Positions 20,607-29,670 of a stretch of DNA of 64,000 nucleotides are shown piece after piece. Source of the DNA: an uncultured Pelagibacteraceae bacterium (GTDB taxonomy: Bacteria > Pseudomonadota > Alphaproteobacteria > Pelagibacterales > Pelagibacteraceae). The stretch lies in contig CACKZF010000002.1 in NCBI GenBank assembly GCA_902604565.1, forward strand, positions 4,693 to 68,692. Direction: 5' to 3'. The translations under genes and the position numbers were made by a program. Every line of letters begins with the position of its first letter. Position 1 is the stretch's first letter. The notes beneath the pieces are model-generated. The model did not search any database and had not been told where the DNA came from. It saw only the letters and a program-made list of their open reading frames with translations.

Positions 20607-20672
20607 TTTTCCCTTTCTGAATTACCGGACAGGTTCCTTGGGTATTTCTCAGCCATATGGCACCCCATAAAT
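20607..20672 (-). ncRNA. TPP-family riboswitch (variant) overlapping the thiV RBS
   Basis: Minus strand reads GGGGTGCC-ATAT-GGCTGAGAAATACCC-AAGGAACCTG-TCCGGTAATTCAGAA-AGGGAAAA-ATG, keeping the CUGAGA, ACCC and CCUG..AGGG elements. Confidence 0.88.
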
Positions 20673-20944
20673 AATTTTTATATCAAATGACAAATAAGTA
20701 AAGAGAGATGTTAAGCAACTATATGAATTATACATAGCTATTATTCACATTTAGCGCTCCTAAAATATGACTCATCGTGTAATAGTTAATTTCTCTCTCT
20801 TATTATAAGTTAATTATAATACTAGGCTTCGTAGTTTGAAGCCTAGAGAAGAAATTTTATTGAATTTTCAGCTTAAATTCTAAACACATGTGTCATTATA
20901 AATTATTTTCTTTATTTATCCATAGGTGTAATTTTTCAACCACA

Positions 20945-21334
20945 ATGAAAAAATTTTTTATTTTTATTTTCTGTTTTTTTGCATTTGCTGCAAACTCAAT
21001 GGAAAAGAAAACAACATTTGATAAAGATTTGTTTAGCAAAGCCCAATCTGAGGGCAAAATTATAGTTATAAGTTCTTGGATCGAATATTGTGGATCTTGT
21101 GCAAATCAAATGAAAGTTTTGCAAAAAGCAAAAAAAGAGGGTGAATTATTAGATATTAAATTTGATAACATCGAATATTTTGCATTTGATGTAACAAACA
21201 AAGATATAGCAGATTCGTTTGATGTTCTTTATCAAACTACTCTATTAATTTTCAAGGGTGATACAGAAGTTTACAGAAGTATTGGTGAAGTTACTGAAGA
21301 TTTAATTTATCAAGCTTTAAAAGCTACTATCTAA
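20945..21334 (+). CDS. Exported thioredoxin-fold protein
   Basis: Signal peptide MKKFFIFIFCFFAFAANS, CGSC motif, QTTLLIFKG. Confidence 0.75.
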   Translation: MKKFFIFIFCFFAFAANSMEKKTTFDKDLFSKAQSEGKIIVISSWIEYCGSCANQMKVLQKAKKEGELLDIKFDNIEYFAFDVTNKDIADSFDVLYQTTLLIFKGDTEVYRSIGEVTEDLIYQALKATI

Positions 21335-21360
21335 AACCAAAATCTAAAGAATATTAAATC

Positions 21361-23895
21361 TTATTCATTTCTGACTAGCGGATAAACTTTTGGACTAAGA
21401 TATTTAAGGTTTGTGAAGATTATCAATATCATTGTTACTAATCCAACTGTAATTGTTACATTTAAGAATATGTCAAATTCAAATAGCCATTTAAGTTGAA
21501 AAATATTTTCAATAATAAATTTTGATGAAATTATAGAAAAAATTGTAGAAAAAAGAATTATAGAAAAAAATGTAATTATAAATTCAATTAAAGATGAGTA
21601 AATTATTTCTTTTTTTGAAAATCCCAAAATCTTAAAAACTAAATTTTGGAAAGTTTTTATTTTTCCTTGCACTATAATTGCACTGGATATAACAACCAAT
21701 CCTATTATCACTGTAACAGTTGAAATTATAATGACAGCTATAAATACTTTATTAAGAACATCGGTAACTTTTTTTAAGTAATCAGATATTTTTACAATAG
21801 AAACGCTGGGGAATTCATCTAGAAAATTAATATCATCGAATTTATCAATATTATTAAACTTCACTGTCGAAAGGTACTCATGTGGAATTTTATTTGCAAA
21901 TTGAGGGTTTAGTAGCATTGCAAAATTAATGCTAAGATCTCTATAATCAACTAATCTAAAATTCACTACCTCGCCATCTATTTCTCTTCCGTAAATGTTG
22001 AGAGTGAATATATCTCCAATTTTTACTCCAAAATCTTGTGCCACTTTGCTATCCAAAGAAATTTGTAGTTTGTCTGGGCTTGATAAATCCCACCACTTGC
22101 CTTGTGTTAAAGGATTATCTTTTGGTATCTCAACTGACCAAGATATTCTTCTATCATTCATTATAACCCAATAACTGTCATTAGTATTTTTGATATAAGA
22201 ATTAGGATCTATCCCATTAATTTTTACAAGACCTGCTGAAACCATAGGAACCACTTCTAATTTTGACTTATTATCAGAATTAAATATGATATTTTCAAAT
22301 TTTTCTCGTTGATCGTTTTGAATTCCTAAGAAGAAATAATCTGGTGCAATTTCTGGAATAGATTTGGAAATTTCTCTTTTAAAATTTGAACCAACAAATG
22401 CCAGTGTTAACAAAAGTGTCATTCCAAGACCTAAAGACATTATTGTAATGGGTGTGATACTTTTTGATTGAGTTATATTTTTAACAGCTATTTTTACTGA
22501 AATCTTTGAATTTTTATATTTTTTTAATAAATGAATAATTGTTACAGAAAGATAATAAAAAATTAATAAACAAATAAAAAATGATACGAAATATGCAACA
22601 CTATAAAATGGTATTGAAGACCTAATGGCAAAAAGACTAATTAATATTATTAATAATACTATGCTAATTATTACTGATTTCACTGAATAATTAAATTGAA
22701 GACTTTGAAATACATTTCTAAATAAATTTGATGCTTTAACTTGATCTATAGAATTAATAGTTGGTATAGAAAATATTATCATTACCAACATTCCAACCAA
22801 AAAAACTATAATTAAATTTAGTAAAGAAAAATTTGCTTCTATATTTAAACCCAAACCATCTGAAATATATTTATCGACTATTGGGATTAAAAAAAAACTT
22901 AACCCATATGAAAATACAGTGATTAAAACTAATAAGATAGCTAATTGTAAATAATATATTGTTTTTATATTTCCAGAAAATACACCTATCGCTTTTTGAA
23001 CTGCAATTGATGAATTTTTTTGATTTATAAATGATAAAAGAGTATTCGCTATGCCAATACCAGCAATTAACATAGCACTTATTGATACAAGTGATAAAAA
23101 TTGTGAAAAATTATCAACAATCCGTCTAATGCCTCCTGCTGAGTTTTCGGGGTATCTTAATCTAACTCTATTTTGATCTTTAAATAAGCTCTCTACTCTT
23201 TTAATACCCTCTTTACTGTTAACTGATTTGTTAAATTTTACTTTATATTCATAATTTAAAAAACTACCCAGGGTATTTAAATCTAACTTATCTAAAGTTT
23301 TTTTTCCAGTTAAGGCAAAATCTCCAAATACAAAGGCACCTCCAATATCTGGTAAAACTTTAACTATGCCGATAACTTTAAACTCTTTGTCTTGAACTTT
23401 TACAATGTCATTTATTTTTAAGTTTAAATTTTTAAAAATATTTTCATTTACTAATATTGAACTTTCTATCTGATTTAATTTTTCCAAAGCGTCATTGGGT
23501 TCATAGAGTGCTTTTCCATACAATGGATAAAATTGATCAACTGATTTTACTCTAGTAAATGAAGTTTTATTGATTTTTTTATTAACAGTTGAAATCATTG
23601 TGCTAAATTCAACCATTTGAGAGACCGTAGCAAATTTAGTAATTTTATCTATTTTAGTTTGATCACCCTCTCTATTGTTGTAGTCAATTTCTATATCACC
23701 CCCTAATAATAATTTTGCATTTTCATTAAGTTCATTTTCTAGACTATCTTCAATTGTCATTATAGAACTTAAAATAAAGAGACTTATAAAAAGAGTAATA
23801 ATTATACTTGAGATCTTATTATAACTTCTTGTTAAATCTCTAAGAGCATATTTAAAATAAAGACCAAAATTTTGATTTTTATTCAATTTTACCAT
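21361..23895 (-). CDS. YbbP-like FtsX-family ABC permease
   Basis: 844 aa, two FtsX halves, LLGGD, YPLYG, APDYFF motifs; next to a YbbA-like ATPase and a TesA-like esterase. Confidence 0.85.
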   Translation of the reverse strand: MVKLNKNQNFGLYFKYALRDLTRSYNKISSIIITLFISLFILSSIMTIEDSLENELNENAKLLLGGDIEIDYNNREGDQTKIDKITKFATVSQMVEFSTMISTVNKKINKTSFTRVKSVDQFYPLYGKALYEPNDALEKLNQIESSILVNENIFKNLNLKINDIVKVQDKEFKVIGIVKVLPDIGGAFVFGDFALTGKKTLDKLDLNTLGSFLNYEYKVKFNKSVNSKEGIKRVESLFKDQNRVRLRYPENSAGGIRRIVDNFSQFLSLVSISAMLIAGIGIANTLLSFINQKNSSIAVQKAIGVFSGNIKTIYYLQLAILLVLITVFSYGLSFFLIPIVDKYISDGLGLNIEANFSLLNLIIVFLVGMLVMIIFSIPTINSIDQVKASNLFRNVFQSLQFNYSVKSVIISIVLLIILISLFAIRSSIPFYSVAYFVSFFICLLIFYYLSVTIIHLLKKYKNSKISVKIAVKNITQSKSITPITIMSLGLGMTLLLTLAFVGSNFKREISKSIPEIAPDYFFLGIQNDQREKFENIIFNSDNKSKLEVVPMVSAGLVKINGIDPNSYIKNTNDSYWVIMNDRRISWSVEIPKDNPLTQGKWWDLSSPDKLQISLDSKVAQDFGVKIGDIFTLNIYGREIDGEVVNFRLVDYRDLSINFAMLLNPQFANKIPHEYLSTVKFNNIDKFDDINFLDEFPSVSIVKISDYLKKVTDVLNKVFIAVIIISTVTVIIGLVVISSAIIVQGKIKTFQNLVFKILGFSKKEIIYSSLIEFIITFFSIILFSTIFSIISSKFIIENIFQLKWLFEFDIFLNVTITVGLVTMILIIFTNLKYLSPKVYPLVRNE

Positions 23896-24544
23896 CCTTT
23901 ATTCTAATAATTCTCTCAGAAAGATTTGCCAATTTATTATCGTGCGTAACCATAATTAAACTTGCATTTTCTTCTTTCACATAATCAAAAAGAATATTTG
24001 AGATTAACTCAGAATTTTCACTGTCTAAATTTCCAGTAGGCTCATCTGCTAAAATTAATTCAGGCTTCATAACAATAGAACGTGCAATTGCTACTCTCTG
24101 CTGTTCTCCTCCAGATAGTTGACTGGGTAAATTATTTAACCTTTTTCCAAGTCCAAAATTATCTAGAATTTCTTTTGCTTTATTAATTGGATCTTTAATT
24201 TTATTAATTTCTAAAGCTAAACTCACATTCTCTATAGCTGTGTAATTGGGTATTAAATAAAATGATTGAAAAACAATTCCAATATCCTTTCGTCTTATCT
24301 CTGAAATCTCATCTTCTTTTAAACTCGAAATCTCAAAGTTTTTAAATTCAATTTTTCCTGAAGTTGCTTTTTCCAAGCCACCTATCAGCATTATTAAGCT
24401 TGTCTTTCCTGACCCACTTTCTCCTACCACAGATATTGTTTCCTTATAATCAACTTCAAAGCTTACATCTTGTAAAACATTTATAAGATTGTTATCAGTA
24501 TTATAGTTTAAGTTCACATCTGTTAGTTTAAGAAGTTTAGTCAT
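23879..24544 (-). CDS. YbbA-like ABC ATPase
   Basis: [25 protein letters not shown]. Confidence 0.9.
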   Translation of the reverse strand: MTKLLKLTDVNLNYNTDNNLINVLQDVSFEVDYKETISVVGESGSGKTSLIMLIGGLEKATSGKIEFKNFEISSLKEDEISEIRRKDIGIVFQSFYLIPNYTAIENVSLALEINKIKDPINKAKEILDNFGLGKRLNNLPSQLSGGEQQRVAIARSIVMKPELILADEPTGNLDSENSELISNILFDYVKEENASLIMVTHDNKLANLSERIIRIKDGKIE

Positions 24545-25154
24545 GTTTAAAAAATGTATTATTAAAATAATTATATTATGTCTAGTTGCATTTGGGGTAA
24601 ATGCTGAGAATAAAGTTGTTTTATTCGGAGATAGTTTGATGGCTGGATATGGACTTAATAAAGAAGACCATTTATCTACAGTGCTTCAAAAAAATTTAAA
24701 TAATAATGGATTAAATGTCAGAATTATAAATGCAAGTGTCTCAGGTGATACAACTGCGGGAGGTTTAAATAGAATAAATTGGACTCTATCTGAAAAGAAT
24801 ATTGATATTTTGGTTTTGGGTTTAGGCGCAAATGATATGTTAAGAGGTATAAAGCCAAAAGAGACAAAAGAAAATTTAGAGAAAATAATTAAAATTATAA
24901 TTGATAAAAATATTAAAATTATATTAACAGGTATGATTGCCCCTGAAAGTCATGGTAAAGAATACAGAGATAAATTTAATATAATTTATTCTAACCTTTC
25001 TGATAAATATAGCTTAACTTTTTTACCTTTTCTTCTGGAAGGTGTTGCCTTGAAGCCAGAGCTAAATCTAGAAGATGGAATGCATCCAAATCCTAAAGGT
25101 GTTCAAATTATCAGTAAAAATATTGAAAAAAAGATAACTAGTTTGATTAATTAA
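24543..25154 (+). CDS. tesA: Arylesterase / acyl-CoA thioesterase I (SGNH hydrolase)
   Basis: GDSLMAGY, NASVSGDTT, GANDMLRG, DGMHPN. Confidence 0.88.
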   Translation: MFKKCIIKIIILCLVAFGVNAENKVVLFGDSLMAGYGLNKEDHLSTVLQKNLNNNGLNVRIINASVSGDTTAGGLNRINWTLSEKNIDILVLGLGANDMLRGIKPKETKENLEKIIKIIIDKNIKIILTGMIAPESHGKEYRDKFNIIYSNLSDKYSLTFLPFLLEGVALKPELNLEDGMHPNPKGVQIISKNIEKKITSLIN

Positions 25155-26266
25155 TTTAAAGCCTCACCAGCACTTAAGTAATTATATCCAAAAACATCTG
25201 CAACTGCTTTGTACGTTACTTCACCTTTATGTATATTTAAGCCAGCTAAGAAATTTGGATCATCTTTTAAAGCTTTATAATAACCATCACTAGCTAATCT
25301 GTTTAAAAAAGGAAGTGTAGCATTATTTAATGCGATAGTTGATGTTCTAGGGACACCGCCTGGCATATTTGCTACACAATAATGAACAATATCATCAACT
25401 ATATAAGTTGGTTCAGCATGAGTTGTAGGTTTACTGGTCTCTACACATCCACCTTGATCAATTGCAACATCAACTATTACTGATCCTCGTTTCATATTCT
25501 TAATCATATTTTTAGTAACTAATTTTGGTGCTTCTGCTCCTGGAATTAAAACTCCTCCAACTAATAAATCACATTCTGAAATTAATTTTTCTAAATCAGT
25601 TTTATCACTCAGCTGGGGAATAATTTTATCACCAAACATTTCTGATAGTTGTTTTAGTCTTGCCTCTGACTTATCTACAACATGAACTTTTGCTCTCATT
25701 CCAGTTGCAATAATTGCAGCATTTTCTCCAACAACTCCTCCACCAAGAATTACCACTTCCGCAGGCTCTCCACCTGGAGCGCCTCCTAACAAAATACCTC
25801 TTCCTTTTTGATTTTTTTCTAAACAATGTGCGCCTGCTTGAACTGACATTCTTCCAGCAACAGCACTCATAGGTGCTAATAATGGTAACCTACCGTTGTT
25901 ATCAGTTACTGTCTCATAAGCGATACAAACAGATTTAGAGTCTACTAGACCTTTTGTTAATTCTTTGGCAGCAGCTAAATGCAGATAGGTAAAAACAATT
26001 TGATTTTCTCTTAACATTTTTACTTCATTAGAAAGAGGTTCTTTAACTTTTACAATTATCTCTGCATCATTAAAAATATCTTCTGCTTTATCAATTATTT
26101 TAGCTCCTGCAGATTTATATTGATTGTTATCAAAGCCAGCTTCAAAACCACCATCATTCTCAACTAAGACTTCGTGACCATTTGAGGTAAGCGTTTTTAC
26201 ACTATTAGGAGTTAATCCAATTCTATTTTCTTGAGGTTTTATCTCTTTAGGGACACCTATTTTCAT
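25151..26266 (-). CDS. ald: Alanine dehydrogenase
   Basis: IGVPKEIK..ENR, KVKEP, PMSAVAGR, AIDQGGC, HYCVANMPG. Confidence 0.96.
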   Translation of the reverse strand: MKIGVPKEIKPQENRIGLTPNSVKTLTSNGHEVLVENDGGFEAGFDNNQYKSAGAKIIDKAEDIFNDAEIIVKVKEPLSNEVKMLRENQIVFTYLHLAAAKELTKGLVDSKSVCIAYETVTDNNGRLPLLAPMSAVAGRMSVQAGAHCLEKNQKGRGILLGGAPGGEPAEVVILGGGVVGENAAIIATGMRAKVHVVDKSEARLKQLSEMFGDKIIPQLSDKTDLEKLISECDLLVGGVLIPGAEAPKLVTKNMIKNMKRGSVIVDVAIDQGGCVETSKPTTHAEPTYIVDDIVHYCVANMPGGVPRTSTIALNNATLPFLNRLASDGYYKALKDDPNFLAGLNIHKGEVTYKAVADVFGYNYLSAGEALN

Positions 26267-26275
26267 ATAAGTGAA

Positions 26276-27619
26276 TTAATTTTTTTTACTTTTAGAATAA
26301 TTCGTAATTCCAGTTCTTAATTTATCAATTATTTCATCTATATGTTTTTTTTCGCAAATAAACATTGGCGCAATAATTAAACAATCACCTGTTGCTTTAA
26401 AGTTAACACCTGCATCGTAACAATGTTTAAAACATGTAAATCCAGCTGCTCCAGGTTTTTTATCCATTTTAATATCTATTCCACCCATCATTCCATATCC
26501 TCTAATGTTATCGACAACATCAATATCCTTCAATGACATCAATCCTTCTTGAAAGTATGGAGCTAAATTTTTAGCTCTATTAAATATATCTTCTTTTTCA
26601 AATATATCTTGTACTGCTAATCCAGCTGCTACAGAGACAGGAATCCCAGAATATGTATAGCCATGAAATAATTCAACTGACCCATGAGGTGATGCATCCA
26701 TTACTGCATCATAGATTTCTTCTTTACAAGCAACAGCGCCTAGAGGACTTATTCCGTTTGTTGTTGCTTTTGCCATTGTAATAATATCCGGAGTAACACC
26801 ATATTCTTGTGATGCAAACGGAGAACCTGTTCTTCCCCATCCAGTAATTACTTCATCAAAAATCAAAAGGATTCCGTGTTTGTCACAAATTTCTCTTAAT
26901 CTTTGTAAATATCCTTTTGGTGGAACAAGTGTTCCTGTTGATCCTGCAATCGGCTCAACAATACACGCAGCAATATTTTCTGATCCAAAGTTTGTACAAA
27001 TTCTCTCTAAATCATCTGCAATTTCTGCTCCCGTCTCAGGTTGACCTGATACAAATTTATGTTCAGGTAAATGAGTATGTCTCATATGAACAACCCCTGG
27101 CATTAAAACACTCGCAAATGTTTTAACGTTGTTGATCATTCCACCAACTGATGTTGCTCCAATATTCATACCATGGTAAGCTCTTTCTCTGCCTACAAAT
27201 CTAAATCTCTGTCCTTCTCCTCGAGCTTTGTGATAAGCAACTGAAATTTTTATTGCCGTCTCGACAGCAGTTGATCCACAAATAGTGTAAAAAATTCTAT
27301 TTAAGTTTCCTGGTGTGTGTTTTGAAATTCTTGTTGCTAATTCAAATGAACCCCCAAATCCTTGTTGGAATGGTTGTGCATAGTCTACTGTTCTTAGTTG
27401 TTTAGTTATCGCTTCAATAATTTCCTCTCTACCATGTCCTAACGGATTACAAAATAATCCTGAACTTGCATCGATTTGTGTTTTACCGTGGTGGTTTTTT
27501 AAATAAACACCTTTTGCTTCAACTATTAACCTTGGGTTTGCTTTAAAATCTCTATTTGAAGAGAATGGCATCCAATGTTCATTTAAAGAATTAGGTATTT
27601 GTGGCTTTTCTGAACTCAT
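26276..27619 (-). CDS. Omega-amino acid:pyruvate aminotransferase (class III), probable taurine transaminase
   Basis: HWMPF, AYHG, EPIAGSTG, FDEVITGWGR, TMAK; lies between ald and tauABC. Confidence 0.85.
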   Translation of the reverse strand: MSSEKPQIPNSLNEHWMPFSSNRDFKANPRLIVEAKGVYLKNHHGKTQIDASSGLFCNPLGHGREEIIEAITKQLRTVDYAQPFQQGFGGSFELATRISKHTPGNLNRIFYTICGSTAVETAIKISVAYHKARGEGQRFRFVGRERAYHGMNIGATSVGGMINNVKTFASVLMPGVVHMRHTHLPEHKFVSGQPETGAEIADDLERICTNFGSENIAACIVEPIAGSTGTLVPPKGYLQRLREICDKHGILLIFDEVITGWGRTGSPFASQEYGVTPDIITMAKATTNGISPLGAVACKEEIYDAVMDASPHGSVELFHGYTYSGIPVSVAAGLAVQDIFEKEDIFNRAKNLAPYFQEGLMSLKDIDVVDNIRGYGMMGGIDIKMDKKPGAAGFTCFKHCYDAGVNFKATGDCLIIAPMFICEKKHIDEIIDKLRTGITNYSKSKKN

Positions 27620-27733
27620 AAAAAATTTTTAAATTGTTAATATCACTCTCTCATAGACTAAAATAAAAAAATAGAAAATAATTTCTATGCATTATTAGTA
27701 TGTCATTACGTAATATTAATTACAACCAATAGT

Positions 27734-27750
27734 TGAACCCATTTTAGACA
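27734..27750 (-). promoter_or_regulatory. Putative operator TGTCTAAAATGGGTTCA in the aminotransferase/tauA divergent region
   Basis: Matches three direct repeats at 38908-38975. Confidence 0.45.
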
Positions 27751-27849
27751 TCTTCAAATCACCTATGATTAATATGCTTACAAAATACATTTACTTATAA
27801 TCAAAATTGAACTTAAATAAGGGTAATTAAATTTAATTAAGGAGATAAA

Positions 27850-28791
27850 ATGAAGAAACTAATTAGCTTTATTTTAGGAAGTTTATTCGCTCTTAACTTG
27901 TCAATTTCAGCTGCAAATGCTGCTGCAAATGAAGTAAGAGTTGCTTACTTTCTAGAATGGCCAAGTCCAAATTTAGAGGACATGCAAAAAAAGAATTTTG
28001 CCAAAGCACTAGGAGTTCCAGTAAAATGGACTAACTTCACTAACGGTGGAGCTATGACTGATGCAATGCTAGCTGGGGATATTGATATTTCTTATTCTCA
28101 AGGTTTAGTACCTTTTATTAATGCTGTAAAATCTAATGCACCTATCAAATTAGTTGATATTGCAATGGAATACGGAATGGGCGGAACAACTTGCGTTACA
28201 TCTAATGCCTCTGGAATTACAAAAGCAAACGGTTCTGAATTAGAAGGTAAAAAAGTTGCAGTTCCACTTGGAACTATGGCCGAGTACGTCTTTGACGAAA
28301 GTATGAAAGTTGTAGGAGCTGACAGAAGTAAAATGGATATAATTCAAATGGATCCTGAAGAAGGTGCTGCTGCATTAGTAAGTGGTGATGTTGTGATGGC
28401 ATGTTTATTTGGTGGAAATTCTATCAAAGCTGCAGTTGCAGTTGGTTCAAGACTTTTAACAGTTCAAGAAGCAAGAGATGCTGGTATCTTAGGAATAGAT
28501 ATTACATCTGTAACTGACAAATTCATGAAAGAAAATCCAGGTATGCTTAGAACTTTTATAGAAGTAACTCATGAAGCAAATGACAGATATAGAGCTGGTA
28601 AAAGCGATATGAACTCAATGTCTAAAGCTTCAGAAATGAAAGTTGCCGACATGAAAGAAACTTTAAGTGGATTTAAATTTCTTACTCCAGAAGAGACTAA
28701 ACAGTCAATGGAGAGCGGTAATCTTGATGGATTCCTAAAAGGTATGGGAACTCCAGGTGGTGCCGTTGATACTAGTTTTTTACCTTTATAA
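27850..28791 (+). CDS. tauA: Taurine ABC transporter substrate-binding protein
   Basis: Signal peptide, VAYFLEWPSP, GDIDISYSQGLVPF, VAVPLGT; AAGGAG RBS; gene context. Confidence 0.8.
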   Translation: MKKLISFILGSLFALNLSISAANAAANEVRVAYFLEWPSPNLEDMQKKNFAKALGVPVKWTNFTNGGAMTDAMLAGDIDISYSQGLVPFINAVKSNAPIKLVDIAMEYGMGGTTCVTSNASGITKANGSELEGKKVAVPLGTMAEYVFDESMKVVGADRSKMDIIQMDPEEGAAALVSGDVVMACLFGGNSIKAAVAVGSRLLTVQEARDAGILGIDITSVTDKFMKENPGMLRTFIEVTHEANDRYRAGKSDMNSMSKASEMKVADMKETLSGFKFLTPEETKQSMESGNLDGFLKGMGTPGGAVDTSFLPL

Positions 28792-28813
28792 TATTAAAGA
28801 GTAAAACAAATTT

Positions 28814-28848
28814 AATAGGCGCTAATTATTTAGCGCCTATTTTTTTTA
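28814..28848 (+). terminator. Hairpin with T-tract after tauA (intra-operon terminator or stabiliser)
   Basis: AATAGGCGCTAA-TTAT-TTAGCGCCTATT followed by a T run. Confidence 0.75.
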
Positions 28849-28872
28849 ATATAAGTTTTATATAAAGTTTCT

Positions 28873-29670
28873 ATGAGTGACTTAGTTTCCAAAGATTTAA
28901 ATATGATTTTTAAAACTCCCAAAGGAGAAACTGTTCACGCATTAAAGGATGTAAGTTTTACCTTAAAAAAAGGAGAACTGCTCACTGTTCTTGGTCCTTC
29001 AGGGTGTGGAAAAACTACTCTTTTAAATATTGCAGCAGGATTTTTAAGACCTACCTCAGGCTCTATTGTTTTGGCTGGCAATGAAATTAATGGTCCAGGA
29101 GTTGAAAGAGGAATGGTTTTCCAACAAGGAGCATTATTTGAGTGGTTAACAGTTGCTGAAAATGTTGATTTTGGACTTAGGATGAAAAAAGAAGATCCAA
29201 TAAAAACTGCTAAAAGAGTGGATGAATGGCTAGAAATTGTTGGCTTAAAAGGGTTTGGCAATACTCCTACCTACCAATTATCAGGTGGAATGCAGCAAAG
29301 AGTGGCTCTTGCCAGATGTCTAATAAATGACCCTGATTTAATATTGATGGATGAGCCTTTAGGTGCGTTAGATGCATTAACTAGAGAAAAGATGCAATCT
29401 TTAGTTCTTAAAATTTGGAAAGAGACAGGAAAAACTATTATCTTAATTACTCACTCAGTTGAAGAAGCATTGTTACTTGGTGAAAGATTATATGTAATGG
29501 CACCCAGACCAGGCAGGATACATAAAGAATACAATCTACCTTTTGCAGAAATGGGCTTAAAGGAAGATTTGAGGGAAATAAAAAAAAATAAAGAATTTTC
29601 GTCTAAACGTGAAGAAATTTTATCCATGATTTGGAACATGGAAGAAGAAATTATGGGAAAAGAAAACTAA
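28873..29670 (+). CDS. tauB: Taurine ABC transporter ATPase
   Basis: GPSGCGKT, LSGGMQQR, DEPLGALDALTRE, THSVEEA. Confidence 0.85.
   Translation: MSDLVSKDLNMIFKTPKGETVHALKDVSFTLKKGELLTVLGPSGCGKTTLLNIAAGFLRPTSGSIVLAGNEINGPGVERGMVFQQGALFEWLTVAENVDFGLRMKKEDPIKTAKRVDEWLEIVGLKGFGNTPTYQLSGGMQQRVALARCLINDPDLILMDEPLGALDALTREKMQSLVLKIWKETGKTIILITHSVEEALLLGERLYVMAPRPGRIHKEYNLPFAEMGLKEDLREIKKNKEFSSKREEILSMIWNMEEEIMGKEN

Noticed and set aside
24542-24545. Head-to-head overlapping start codons of the ybbA-like gene and tesA
   Set aside because: The divergent overlapping tesA/ybbA-ybbP arrangement is already known from other proteobacteria.
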